Positions 42,732 to 52,919 of a stretch of 64,000 bases of DNA are shown piece by piece. The stretch covers positions 2,432,001 to 2,496,000 of the forward strand of contig OY970067.1 of the NCBI GenBank assembly GCA_963705305.1. Reading direction: 5' to 3'. This DNA comes from an uncultured Methylomirabilota bacterium (GTDB taxonomy: Bacteria; Methylomirabilota; Methylomirabilia; Methylomirabilales; 2-02-FULL-66-22). How positions within the stretch are numbered: the first letter of the stretch is position 1; each line of letters begins with the position of its first letter. The notes under the pieces were generated by a model. The model saw only the letters and a program-made list of their open reading frames with translations. It ran no database searches and was not told the origin of the DNA. The position numbers were made by a program, and so were the translations under genes.

Positions 42732-43511
42732 TCAGGTGGGGTCCTTGGAGGCCACGCGCCACCACAGCACCGCGCTCCGGCGCTGCATGGGGGCGACGAG
42801 GCACGAGCCCACGCGCACCAGCCTGTTCTGCAGGAACCCCACCAGGAGGCGGCGCTTCTCCGCATCCTCCAGGTGCAGCCGCTGCATCCAGAACTCCACG
42901 GCCTCTTCCATGTCCTCGAATGGCTGGTCGAAATGGTACGAGATGACCTGGACGTTCGCGTAGATCCCCAGACTGTGCAGCAGGGTGATTGTCCGGAGGT
43001 AATCCTCCCGGGCGGGATAGGGCCGGCCCAGCAGCAGGGGGTGCAGCTCTCCGAAATAGAACTTCTCCGTGCCGGGCCCCACGTTCTGCACCAGGGCCAC
43101 GGCGCGCAGGGCCAGCGGCTCGGCTGCCGTGAGAAACCCGAGCAGATCGTTGAAGACCGGCCGGACGTTGGCCACCAGGATGAGGTCGTGGGGCGGCAGC
43201 TGGGCCTGGCCCCAGGCGGCCGGGAGACAGGTGACGTTGGTCAGGCGGCTGCGCGCCAGGTTGGCGCGCAACTCCTCCAGCATGGGGCCGGAAGGCTCCA
43301 GGGCCGTCACCCGCGGCACAATCCTCGCCAGCGGGATGGTAAGAGCGCCGACGCCGGCGCCCACGTCCAGGACGCTCCGACAGCCGGCCAGAATCGGTTC
43401 CAGGGCCTTCACGGTCTGCGCGGGGAAGTTGCTGATCTGGACCGCCGCGTTGAACTGGCGGGCGCGGCGCGGGGTCCAGAACTCCTCGGCGTGGTCGGAT
43501 GGTGAGCGCAC
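42732..43511 (-). CDS. Class I SAM-dependent methyltransferase
   Basis: VLDVGAGVG motif I, ALEPS. Confidence 0.85.
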   Translation of the reverse strand: MRSPSDHAEEFWTPRRARQFNAAVQISNFPAQTVKALEPILAGCRSVLDVGAGVGALTIPLARIVPRVTALEPSGPMLEELRANLARSRLTNVTCLPAAWGQAQLPPHDLILVANVRPVFNDLLGFLTAAEPLALRAVALVQNVGPGTEKFYFGELHPLLLGRPYPAREDYLRTITLLHSLGIYANVQVISYHFDQPFEDMEEAVEFWMQRLHLEDAEKRRLLVGFLQNRLVRVGSCLVAPMQRRSAVLWWRVASKDPT

Positions 43512-43729
43512 GACTGTCTCCGCGTGGGGTCGCTGGCGTCAGGCGCGATGATACCCGGGGCGGGGCGGCTCCGCCAACGGAAAATGCGCGCCCGTGCATC
43601 AGCCTGGACGTGGACCCGGAATGCGCGGGCGACGGGCTTGTGGCATTGACCGCCAGGCGGCCTCCAGGTTTTTCTCCCACAGGAAAATCCGGACTAATTC
43701 CGAATGGTCGGCCCGTCCCTCCCTCGGTA

Positions 43730-43765
43730 TTGACATTCTGACCAGAAGTGACTAACTTGTAGTCA
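43730..43765 (+). promoter_or_regulatory. vapBC promoter with overlapping palindromic operators
   Basis: TTGACA-17-TAACTT; inverted repeats TTCTG-ac-CAGAA and TGACTA-acttg-TAGTCA. Confidence 0.65.
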
Positions 43766-44025
43766 TGGAGACCGTCCGGATCGCCGAACTGAAGGCCCGG
43801 CTGAGCGAGTATCTCCGCCGCGTGCGGCGGGGTCGGGCCCTCACCGTTACGGATCGGGAGACGCCCATCGCCCAGATCATCCCCTACCAGGCGGGGGCCG
43901 GCTCCCTGACGGTCCGGCGTCCGATGCCGGGCGCGCCGAGGCTCGCGGCCATCCGCATGCCCCCTCCGCTCGCCATCCGAGCCGACGTGGTCCAGTTGCT
44001 GGCCAAAGAGCGCGGTGACCGGTGA
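43765..44025 (+). CDS. Phd/YefM-family antitoxin
   Basis: VRIAELKARLSEYLRRV..G..TVTDRETPIA. Confidence 0.9.
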   Translation: METVRIAELKARLSEYLRRVRRGRALTVTDRETPIAQIIPYQAGAGSLTVRRPMPGAPRLAAIRMPPPLAIRADVVQLLAKERGDR

Positions 44026-44438
44026 TCGCCTACCTTGACTCCTCGGTCGTCCTGCGGGTCGTGCTCGGGCAGCGCGGGGCGCTCCGCGAGTGGAAGGCTG
44101 TCGAGACGGGCGTGGCCAGTGCCCTCGTGGAAGTGGAATGCCTGCGGACGCTCGACCGGCTGCGCCTCCTCGAGGGAATCGCCGAGACTGAGATCGCGCG
44201 GCGGCGCGAGGCGGTCTACCGGATCGTCGAGGCTATCACCCTGGTCGAGCCGACGCAGCCTATTCTCGCCCGCGCCTCGCAGCCCCTTCCCGTCGCCCTC
44301 GGCACCCTGGACGCCATCCACCTGGCGACGGCCCTCCTGTGGCGCGAGCGCTCCGATGCGAACCTGGTCATGGCGACCCACGACGCGGCGCTCGGCCTGG
44401 CGGCCCGAGCGGTCGGCTTCCGGGTGATCGGGCTCTAA
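44022..44438 (+). CDS. vapC: PIN-domain toxin
   Basis: YLDSSV, E, LGTLDAIHLATA, THD; GTGA overlap with the antitoxin. Confidence 0.9.
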   Translation: MIAYLDSSVVLRVVLGQRGALREWKAVETGVASALVEVECLRTLDRLRLLEGIAETEIARRREAVYRIVEAITLVEPTQPILARASQPLPVALGTLDAIHLATALLWRERSDANLVMATHDAALGLAARAVGFRVIGL

Positions 44439-44808
44439 CGCGGCAGTTCCCCCGCTCCCCATTCCAGACATGCGTATCGTCGGGTGAGCCTCAAGCCGGC
44501 TTGCGCCAGCAGCGCTCCAGCATGTCAACCCATTCCGGCGCGGCATCGCGCAGGACGGTTGGCAGCTCGTCGCAGGGCTGGCCTGTAATCGTTGGTGCCC
44601 CCACCTTGCGCAGCGCCTTCCGGAAGGTGCTGATCGCCTCGCCGGCCATCTCGGCGGGAGCATCGGGCGCCCACCCCAGACAGCCATCGTTTGTATCGTG
44701 CCGCAGAAAAAGGCCCGATTTGGGCCGTGCACCATTTCCTGACAAAAGGCCCGCGAGGCCGCCGGGATTGCCGCGGGGTCGGCCGGATCAGGCTGCCGGC
44801 CGGCGGGG

Positions 44809-45489
44809 TCAGCAGGTGCGGATCTTGCGGGCGACCGTCAACCACTCGCGGTGGACGACGGGGCCGCCGTCGGGAACCTCCGCCAGGTCCACCTCTTCCA
44901 AGGTCAAGAGGTCGAAGCGGTCCGGGGGGAGAAGGGACCGAAGGTCCTCGGCGTCGAAAAAATGGACCAACTTTCCCTTGGGATCCACCCGCGTGTTGCG
45001 CTCCGGATAAAGATCCCAGATGGAAAAGCCGGCCTCGCCCGTCGAGTAGTTGGCCATGGCGACGAGTCCCCCGTCGCACGTGAGCTGCCAGAGCCGGTTG
45101 ACCATGGCCTGACGGACGGGGGCGGGCTGGAGGTGAATCAGGTGGATGGCGACGGACGCGTCAAAGGCTCCGGCGGGAAGCTTCACGTCGGTCAGGTCGC
45201 CTTGGAGCAGGATGATGCGCAGCCCCTCGGCGTCGGCCCGCCCCCGGATCCAGCCGAGGGCATTGGCGCTGAGGTCGAGGGCCGTGACGGCAAAGCCCTC
45301 GCGGGCGTACAGCAGGACATCCCGGCCGGAGCCGCAGCCGGCCTCCAGGATCGTCCGGACCTTCTGGCGGCGAAACACCTCGAGCAGCCGGCGGGCGACG
45401 GAGGTGGGCTCGGTCCCGTAGAGAGGCGCCTGGGCGTAGCGTGCCTCCCAGAAGGCCCGGGCCTCTTCAGGTCCGACGATCCGGGTCAC
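44809..45489 (-). CDS. Class I SAM-dependent methyltransferase
   Basis: FWEARY, ILEAGCGSGRD, ALDLS. Confidence 0.85.
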   Translation of the reverse strand: MTRIVGPEEARAFWEARYAQAPLYGTEPTSVARRLLEVFRRQKVRTILEAGCGSGRDVLLYAREGFAVTALDLSANALGWIRGRADAEGLRIILLQGDLTDVKLPAGAFDASVAIHLIHLQPAPVRQAMVNRLWQLTCDGGLVAMANYSTGEAGFSIWDLYPERNTRVDPKGKLVHFFDAEDLRSLLPPDRFDLLTLEEVDLAEVPDGGPVVHREWLTVARKIRTC

Positions 45490-45980
45490 GCCGTTCGAGC
45501 CGCAGCCGCGGCCAGGGCCATCTTGACGGCCTCCCGCGGAGTCGCGACCCGCTGGACAGCGTCTTCCGTCTGGCCCGGACGGCTGACCTGCCAGGTGTCC
45601 AGGCCGATCACGGGGATCCCATCGATCTTGGCAAGGGCGATCTCGGAGAGCGTTCCATACTTGCCGCCCACGGCGATCACCGCATGCGCCGAGCGGACGA
45701 CGATTGCGTTCCGCAGATGGCCCAGCCCCGTGGGAATCGGATAGGTCACCCAGGCATTGGCGTCGGCATGTCGCGCCCCCGGCAGGATGCCCACCGTCAC
45801 CCCGCCGCGGCTCTGCGCGCCACGGCAGGCCGCCGCCATCACGCCCCCCAGGCCCCCGCAGACCAGGACGGCCCCGGCGGCGGCGATCTCTCTCCCGACG
45901 GCCTCCGCCAGGGCGGCGATCTCCGGTGTCGGATCCCCCTCGCCGATGACCGCGATGACGAGCGGACGCGGCTCCGTCAC
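45486..45980 (-). CDS. LOG/lysine-decarboxylase-like Rossmann protein
   Basis: VCGGLGGVMAAACRGA, TGLGHLRN, GGKYGTLSEI. Confidence 0.88.
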   Translation of the reverse strand: MTEPRPLVIAVIGEGDPTPEIAALAEAVGREIAAAGAVLVCGGLGGVMAAACRGAQSRGGVTVGILPGARHADANAWVTYPIPTGLGHLRNAIVVRSAHAVIAVGGKYGTLSEIALAKIDGIPVIGLDTWQVSRPGQTEDAVQRVATPREAVKMALAAAAARTA

Positions 45981-46089
45981 GGGCAGATCCTTTCCGCTGC
46001 GACAAAGATAAACTGCCGGGTCGCCCGGATGAACACCGATCCGGCATTCGGCATCTCGCCGAGGCAGCCTTCCCCGGGGTGGGGTGAAC

Positions 46090-46638
46090 TCACAACGGCC
46101 GGATCTCCACGCGGGCCGGCCCCTTGGTCTTGGCCCCGAAGCCGATGGCGTAGGGGGAGACCAGCGGGATCCGCACGATGACGTCCCCTTCCTTGTGGTA
46201 GGCCACCATGCGCAGGGAGTAGCCGTTGATGCTGCCGGAGATCAGCCCGCCGTTGGCGTAGCGCCAGCGCTGCTTTCGGTGGCTGTCGTTGATGGCGACG
46301 ACAATGGAGGTGCCGTCGTCGCGGAAGTCCTCCTGGTCTACCTTGGAGAGCTTGGTGGTGGCCTTCTTGTCGCCGTACATCGGGTGGGAGTGGTAGTCGC
46401 CGACCAGCTCCCAGCGGGAGGTGGTGCGGACGGCCTCCTCGATCCGCTGGCCCCGGTGCCAGTCCATGCGGACTTCCTGAAACTTGCGCTTGGCGGACTG
46501 GTAGGGCACGACGAAGTCCACCATGATCCGGTCGGTCTCCCGGTGTCCCAGCAGGATGCCGAAGCATTCCCGGCGATACACCTCGATGGTCGAAACCAGG
46601 AGGCCGATGAAGGCGTTTTCGCTGAGATAGACTTCCAT
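46090..46638 (-). CDS. JAB/MPN+ domain metalloprotease-like protein
   Basis: RECFGILLG, VGDYHSHP, LSKVD (JAMM-type E..HxH..SxxD). Confidence 0.8.
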   Translation of the reverse strand: MEVYLSENAFIGLLVSTIEVYRRECFGILLGHRETDRIMVDFVVPYQSAKRKFQEVRMDWHRGQRIEEAVRTTSRWELVGDYHSHPMYGDKKATTKLSKVDQEDFRDDGTSIVVAINDSHRKQRWRYANGGLISGSINGYSLRMVAYHKEGDVIVRIPLVSPYAIGFGAKTKGPARVEIRPL

Positions 46639-46701
46639 GGAATGCCGCTTGCCTCTGTGCCTATGAATTCATCTGTTGAGGAATCCGCTGCCGTTCAGAT
46701 C

Positions 46702-47496
46702 TCATGACGGCTGCCGCTGCTGCAGCAAAGACGCTGCCTGCTCCCGCACCTCGTCGCGGCGAGCGCCGGTGGCCAGCCATTGCAGGTCCTGGCGCATCAG
46801 GTAGGGCAATAAACCCAGGACCACTCGCGTGGGCGTTACCGGGTTATTGGCCAGGGCCAGCTTCACCGGGTATCGCGTGATCCAGCGATCGCACTGGGCC
46901 ACCGCCCCAAGGATTTCGGGCGCCACGCGCCGGGACGCCGCCAGCTTCAGAACCTCTGCCTCGGTAAGGCGGGGGTTCGTGAGGATCGTCCGCACCACGC
47001 GGGCGTCAGAGTCAAACAGAAGCCGCTCGATCAGGGCCGGGATCGGGCGCCGCGCCATGGCGATTCGGTAGCCCACCGGCTCTTTCGGCCGCGGTACCGT
47101 CTCGTCGTCGTTCTCGCCCGTCCGCGCCCGCTCGTCAACGAAGAGGCCCGCGCTTGGATCGGCCTCCCTCTCCAAGACAGCCCGAATGGCCTCGATGGCC
47201 TCCCGGCCCAGCAACCAGGTGAGCCGCCCCAGATCGAGGAGCCCGAGACAGATCCGCTGCGCTTTCAGATCCCCGCTCGTGAGGCGTTCGTGCAGCCACG
47301 CAATGGCCCAGGCGGCCTCCTGCGGCGATCGATCCCTCAGATGCTCGCCGAATCGGTGGAGACGAAGCTCGGGGTCGGCGATCCCGGCCAGGAGCGCCAA
47401 CACGTCCTCCGTCTGCCGCCAGGTCCGGAGACGCCGGCAGGCCTCCAAGTAGGCGCCCAGCGTAATCAGTTGGAGGTACCCAGCGGCGCCGTCCAT
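46702..47496 (-). CDS. Hypothetical helical-repeat (LRV/HEAT-like) protein; start approximate
   Basis: RIAMARR..ERLLFD.DARVVRTILTNPRLTE; YPVKLALANNPVTP. Confidence 0.7.
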   Translation of the reverse strand: MDGAAGYLQLITLGAYLEACRRLRTWRQTEDVLALLAGIADPELRLHRFGEHLRDRSPQEAAWAIAWLHERLTSGDLKAQRICLGLLDLGRLTWLLGREAIEAIRAVLEREADPSAGLFVDERARTGENDDETVPRPKEPVGYRIAMARRPIPALIERLLFDSDARVVRTILTNPRLTEAEVLKLAASRRVAPEILGAVAQCDRWITRYPVKLALANNPVTPTRVVLGLLPYLMRQDLQWLATGARRDEVREQAASLLQQRQPS

Positions 47497-47643
47497 AACG
47501 CGATGTGGAGGTGGGTCGAGGAACCTGCAGTGAGCGAGGATTGGGACCGACGGCATTGCGTCGGGACCGTTTTCAACCCCTCAAAGAGCGGGGCTCACAT
47601 GCGTGTTTGAACTGACCCGTTCGAGGTGCTGGAAACGTGTACC

Positions 47644-47719
<76 letters not shown>

Positions 47720-48196
47720 GTGTGGCCCTCACGCCAGGGCAGCAGTGGTAACAGCGCCCGCGTCGGCCCGTCGTCAGTCCCCTGGCGCAGCCGCCCGATT
47801 CGGCGCCTGCCGTCCCAAGCCTCCAGGGAATCATGCGCTCTTCGCCGCCCAGGATCCTTTCCCCAGGCCCGTACCAGTGACTATAGACAATGGGCCCAGG
47901 GCTGTCCAGGGTTTTCTCCGAAAGAACCCAAGTGTTTCAGCGACAGAATGGCACAGGAATAGAAATTGGATGATGATAAATGTCTTGAAATGTAACATGT
48001 TGATTTCATTGTTTCTTATGCATACGGCGGATGGGTGATCCGGCCAGCGAAATGTCAGTGAGTGCGGACGAAGAAGCTGGTTTCGGCGATCCTGAAGGCG
48101 AGGAGAGAGCGGCCGTCGCGCCCCCGATCCCTGTGGCGCAGGGCCCGGCCTCGAAAGGTGTAAGAGTTTTTTTGGGCTCGGAGGCCTCGCCAGGAA

Positions 48197-48850
48197 CTAC
48201 GGCTCTTCCTCGATTCCCCCCGGATTGATGTCCCGATTGATGGGAATACCCTGCCGGCACATCGGGCACTCCTCGGGGCTGTAAGTGGGGACGTCGCGCG
48301 TCACGATGGTGAAAAGGGGGTACTTGAACTTCACGCCGCTGCTCCGGCGCCAGATCGCTCCCACCCCGATCACCTGCCCGCCCGTGCGCTCCACCAGCCT
48401 GATGAGCTTGCGGACCGTCTCGCCCGTGGTGACGATGTCCTCGACGATGAGAACCCGCCCCCCCTCCGGGAAGAAGGCCCGGTACTCGGGCGGCAGCACC
48501 ACCTCGGTATGCTTGGCCGCAGTGCGTTCCTTGGTGGCGAAGATAAAGCGCGGGCGGGAGGGGTGGGTGCGAGCGACGCAATACCCCAGGAGGCCGGCCC
48601 CGTACCCGGTCGTGAGGACCAGATCCACCTGGTAGCGGCTGAAATGCGTGGCGATGATGTCGCCCAGGCCCTCCGTGAACGTCGGCTCGGTCGTGACCAG
48701 GGCCTTGGCCACGTACTCCGAGGTGTGGCGCCCGGAGCGCAGGACGATATGCTCGTTGGTGTGGTAGGCGCCCGTGCGGAGGAGGATGCCCCGGTGCAGC
48801 CGCTCCAGGATCTCCTCGTCGATGGGGACCGGCTTGTCACGGTTCGGCAT
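48197..48850 (-). CDS. pyrE: Orotate phosphoribosyltransferase-like protein
   Basis: LRSGRHT..YV, VLIVEDIVTTGET PRPP loop, C-terminal CPMC. Confidence 0.75.
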   Translation of the reverse strand: MPNRDKPVPIDEEILERLHRGILLRTGAYHTNEHIVLRSGRHTSEYVAKALVTTEPTFTEGLGDIIATHFSRYQVDLVLTTGYGAGLLGYCVARTHPSRPRFIFATKERTAAKHTEVVLPPEYRAFFPEGGRVLIVEDIVTTGETVRKLIRLVERTGGQVIGVGAIWRRSSGVKFKYPLFTIVTRDVPTYSPEECPMCRQGIPINRDINPGGIEEEP

Positions 48851-50648
48851 GATCCTCCCCTTCCGCCCCCCCGTCCGCGACCAGGGGGACCACGTGGTTT
48901 CGGCGCACATCCCACAGCCCCCGCTCCCGGATGCGGAGGGCCGGAATGGCCGTGAAGGTGACCACCTGGGCGCTGAGAAACGGGCTGCGGCGCACGCAGC
49001 CCAATGCATGCAGCGCCGCCTGGAAGGCGTCGATCTCCGCGGCCAGCGTCGGCAGCGGCCGGTTGGAGGCGACCCCGCCCATGGCCAGGGACACCTCGGC
49101 CCGAATGGCTCCACGCGCCGCGACGGTCATGCCGCCGCCCAGGGCCAGCATCCGCTCCGCCGCGACCAGCATATCCGTGTCGTTTCCGCCGATGAGGACG
49201 AGGTTGCTGGTCTCGAAGCTCTCGCTGGTGGCCAGGGCCCCTTCCCGGAGGCCCCAGCCGGAGACGAATCCGCGGGCAATCTGTCCCCGTCCGTGGCGAT
49301 CCAGGACAACGACCTTCAGGAGGTCGCCGGCCGGGTCGGCGTGGAGCGCCCCGTTCCGGACGGGCAGCTCGCGGATCTCCTCGGTGGTGACGATCTCCGT
49401 GGAAAAGCGGATGACGCGGACGCGGATCCGCTCCCGCCCCGCGGGGGCGGGGATCCGGAGGTCGTCCGGACCCAACGGGCGGGAGAGTCGCGGCGCGGGA
49501 AACAGCTCCAGGGGGAGGCTGACCGGCGGGATAGGGACGGTGATGCACCCGTCCCGGGCCACGACCTGTCCGCGGGCGAGGACGAGGCTGGGGCGAAACT
49601 GGGCCAGGTCGGAGAGCAGCAGGATGTCCGCCTGCCGGCCGGGCGCCAGCCCTCCCAGGCGACCCTCGAGGTGGAAGTGCTCCGCTGGGGTGAGGGTGAT
49701 GGCCTGCAGGGCCTGCATCGCCGTGAGGCCCATGCCGAGCGCCTGCCGCGCGGACTCGTCCAGGCAGCCTCGCTGTAGCAGGTCGTGCGGCCAGACCGAG
49801 TCCGTGGCCAGCACCAGGCGGCGCGGGCTGATCCCGGTCAGGAGGCCGCGCAGGGCGGCGGAGTCCCGGCGGATGGAGCCATCCCGGATCATAGTGGTCA
49901 GGCCGAGACGCAGCCGCTCCCTGACTTCCCCCGGCGTCGTCGACTCGTGGCACGAGCGGACCCCGGCGGCCACCGTGGCCGCCAGCTTTCTCCCCCGTGC
50001 CCCGGCGGAGTGACCTTCCACCCGCTTGCCCAGGGAATCCGCCTTGGCCATCAAGAGCGGCAGCTCGGCCTGGCCCGCCAGGACCGCCGGCCAGTAGGCC
50101 TCGCCCAGGCCGGCCACGGCAGGCTCTTCCAGCAAGCGGGCCATCTCCTCCGTATCGATCATGGGCTGCCCGTCCCCCCGATCGGAGCAGAGGTATGAGA
50201 TCGTGGGGGCCGTGGCCATGACGGTGATGGGCAGGGAGGACAGTCTGTCGACAAAGGCGGCCACCGCCGGATAGCCCCCCACATTGGCCACCGCGTTGGT
50301 CTCCGTGACCGCAGCGGTGAGACCCGTGGGAACGGCAGCGGCCAGGAAGTGGTCGAGGCGGTGGATGCAATCCAGGTGGGTGTGGGCGTCCAGGTATCCC
50401 GGGGCGATGACCTGCCCCTCGGCCTCGATGACCGCGGTGGCCGGACCGATCGTATGGCCCACCTCGCGGCTCACCAGGGCGATGCGGGTCCCGGCCACAG
50501 CCACCCCCCATCCCTCCAGCAGTTCCCCGGTGTACACATTAGCCAGGACGCCCCCGCGGACCACGAGGTCGGCAGGGGCGTCGCCCAGGGCCACGGCGAC
50601 GAGCCGGCGGGGGTCGTCCCGCCGGAGGGGGTGGGGGGACTCAGGCAC
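48837..50648 (-). CDS. ade: Adenine deaminase
   Basis: ADLVVRGG.LANVYTGE, PGYLDAHTH, EGHS, CHE, IRDGS, LATD. Confidence 0.85.
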   Translation of the reverse strand: MPESPHPLRRDDPRRLVAVALGDAPADLVVRGGVLANVYTGELLEGWGVAVAGTRIALVSREVGHTIGPATAVIEAEGQVIAPGYLDAHTHLDCIHRLDHFLAAAVPTGLTAAVTETNAVANVGGYPAVAAFVDRLSSLPITVMATAPTISYLCSDRGDGQPMIDTEEMARLLEEPAVAGLGEAYWPAVLAGQAELPLLMAKADSLGKRVEGHSAGARGRKLAATVAAGVRSCHESTTPGEVRERLRLGLTTMIRDGSIRRDSAALRGLLTGISPRRLVLATDSVWPHDLLQRGCLDESARQALGMGLTAMQALQAITLTPAEHFHLEGRLGGLAPGRQADILLLSDLAQFRPSLVLARGQVVARDGCITVPIPPVSLPLELFPAPRLSRPLGPDDLRIPAPAGRERIRVRVIRFSTEIVTTEEIRELPVRNGALHADPAGDLLKVVVLDRHGRGQIARGFVSGWGLREGALATSESFETSNLVLIGGNDTDMLVAAERMLALGGGMTVAARGAIRAEVSLAMGGVASNRPLPTLAAEIDAFQAALHALGCVRRSPFLSAQVVTFTAIPALRIRERGLWDVRRNHVVPLVADGGAEGEDHAEP

Positions 50649-50672
50649 GGTGTGATACTCCGTTGCGGCGCC

Positions 50673-51410
50673 TCAGGCTGGGGACCGTCGCCGGCGCCGA
50701 TACTCCTCGATCAGACCATGGTCGGCGAAGCTGTAATGATCCAGCCGGCCCACGATCACGTGGTCCAGCAGCGGGATGCGGAGCAGCTCGCCGGCCAGGA
50801 CCAGCTCTTCGGTCAGGGCGCGATCGCCCGCGCTGGGCTGCGAATGGCCGGAGGGGTGGTTGCGGATCAGGATGATGGCGGCGGCGTGGTGCCGGTTGGC
50901 GCGCTGGACGATGTCGCGCGGGTAGATCGGGCTCTCGGTGAGCGAGCCCTCGCTCAGGGTCTCCAGCGCCAGCACCTCGTTGCCTCCGTTGACCAGGAGC
51001 AGCTCGCACCGCTCCTGCTGCAGGCCGCGTAGGCGCGGGGCCGCCAGGCCCACGACGTCCCGCGAGGAGGTGATCCGCGGGCGGGTCGCCCGCTCCACTT
51101 CGGACAGCAGGCGGCGACCCAGCTCCAGCGCCGCCTTGAGCTGCGCCACCTTGGCCGGACCGACGCCGGCGGTCGCCCGCAGCTCGGCCGGCTCCGCCGC
51201 ATCCAAACCGGCCAGGTCCCCCCACTCGCGCAGCAGGACCCGCGCCAAGTCCACGGCGCTCCGTCCCCGCGAGCCGGTGCGGAGAATGATGGCCAGGAGC
51301 TCGGCGGTCGTCAGCCGTCGCGCGCCCTCGGCGGCGAGGCGCTCGCGCGGCCGCTCGCCCTCCGGCCAGTCGCGGATGGCATAACTCTTCGGCGCCGTGC
51401 TCGTGGCCAC
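50673..51410 (-). CDS. radC: RadC-family protein
   Basis: IRDWPEGERPRERL, ELLAIILRTG, GVGPAK, NHPSG, LLDHVIVG. Confidence 0.92.
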   Translation of the reverse strand: MATSTAPKSYAIRDWPEGERPRERLAAEGARRLTTAELLAIILRTGSRGRSAVDLARVLLREWGDLAGLDAAEPAELRATAGVGPAKVAQLKAALELGRRLLSEVERATRPRITSSRDVVGLAAPRLRGLQQERCELLLVNGGNEVLALETLSEGSLTESPIYPRDIVQRANRHHAAAIILIRNHPSGHSQPSAGDRALTEELVLAGELLRIPLLDHVIVGRLDHYSFADHGLIEEYRRRRRSPA

Positions 51411-51572
51411 CCTGCACCCTTCCGACCGGTCAGCCTCCCGGCCGAGCCCATAGGGGCCATCCGCCGGCGCCAGGGAGCACGGCGACCCGGCGGAAATTTC
51501 GCAGAGGATATCAGGATTCGGTCGGGGCTCCAATGGAATTTCGGTCGGCCCGGGGGCAGCCCTGGCTCCGGC

Positions 51573-52811
51573 TCACATGAGGCTGACGACTAGGAGCAGC
51601 AGGCTCAGGGCGATCATCACGGCAGCCGTTCCCCAGGTAACCAAGTTGAAGGGGATGGAGTTCACGTGACGGCCCATGACCTCCCGGTCGTTGATCAGGA
51701 TCAGCATGAATATCAGGACGGGGGCGAGCAGGAGTCCGTTCAACGTCTGGGAGAGGAACATGATCTCGAGCAGCGGCGCCCGGGGGAGGAGGATCAGACC
51801 CGCCCCCAGGACGATCATCCCGATGTAAATGCCGAAGAAAGCGGGGGCCTCTCGCGGCGTCCGGGAGACCCCGGTCTCCCAGCCCAGGCCCTCGCACACG
51901 GCATACGCGGTGGAGAGCGGCAAGACGGCAGCGGAGAACACCGAGGCGTTCAGCAGCCCCACGGCGAAGAGGAGGCTGGCGTACCGCCCGGCCAGAGGCT
52001 GGAGGGCCAGGGCCGCATCGCTGGCGCTCTCGATCGGCACTCGGTGGACGTAGAGCGTGGCAGCACAGGCCACCATGATGAAGAAGGCCACGATGTCGGT
52101 CATGAACCCACCGAGGATGACGTCCCAGCGGGCATACCTGTACTCCTTGATGCGGATCCCTTTGTCGGCCACGGAGGACTGCTGGTAGAACTGCATCCAG
52201 GGGGCGATCGTGGTTCCGATGACGGTCACCAGGGTAACGAGGTAGCTCGTGTCCAGCCGGAAGCTCGGCTGCAGGGTCTGGCGGAAGACCTCGCCCCACG
52301 GGGGCTTGGCCAGCAGGGCTGAGGGGATGTACACAAGGTAGACCACGCTGGCGAAGAGGAAGATTCGCTCCACGAAGCCGTAGTTTCCTTGGACGACCAG
52401 CCAGCCCATGAGGACGGCGACCAGCGGCACCGCGATCAGCTTGGAGACGCCGAAGATTCCCAGGCTGGCCGCGACCCCGGCGAACTCCGAGGCCGTATTG
52501 GCCAGGTTGGCCAGGATGAGGGTTCCCATCACGGCCAGGGTGATCCGGACACCAAAGCGCTCGCGGATCAGCTCGCCGAGGCCTTTGCCGGTGACGACCC
52601 CCATCCGGCTGCACATCTCCTGGATGACAATGAGGCTGACGGTGGTGGGGATGAGGGACCAGAGGAGGCTATAGCCGTACTGCGCTCCGGCCACGGAGTA
52701 GGTGGTGATGCCGCCCGCATCGTTGTCGATGTTGGCCGTGATAATCCCCGGCCCCATCACCGTGAGGAACAGGAACAGGCGGCGTCGGATGCGGCTCCAG
52801 CGCATGGGCAT
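51573..52811 (-). CDS. NRAMP-related divalent cation (probable Mg2+) transporter
   Basis: GPGIITANIDNDAGGITTY, GTTIAPWMQF. Confidence 0.9.
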   Translation of the reverse strand: MPMRWSRIRRRLFLFLTVMGPGIITANIDNDAGGITTYSVAGAQYGYSLLWSLIPTTVSLIVIQEMCSRMGVVTGKGLGELIRERFGVRITLAVMGTLILANLANTASEFAGVAASLGIFGVSKLIAVPLVAVLMGWLVVQGNYGFVERIFLFASVVYLVYIPSALLAKPPWGEVFRQTLQPSFRLDTSYLVTLVTVIGTTIAPWMQFYQQSSVADKGIRIKEYRYARWDVILGGFMTDIVAFFIMVACAATLYVHRVPIESASDAALALQPLAGRYASLLFAVGLLNASVFSAAVLPLSTAYAVCEGLGWETGVSRTPREAPAFFGIYIGMIVLGAGLILLPRAPLLEIMFLSQTLNGLLLAPVLIFMLILINDREVMGRHVNSIPFNLVTWGTAAVMIALSLLLLVVSLM

Positions 52812-52919
52812 GGGTCGGCCAGGACTCCGCGCGGCCGGCGACACACGGCCGGAATGGCTTGCCCCCGAATCGCCGGGGCGGCGGTGCAGCCGCCTGCGGG
52901 ACACGCGGGGCGGCCACCA

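Noticed and set aside
44491..44745. 84-aa minus-strand ORF next to vapC
   Set aside because: No RBS or recognisable motif; possibly a remnant but unsupported.
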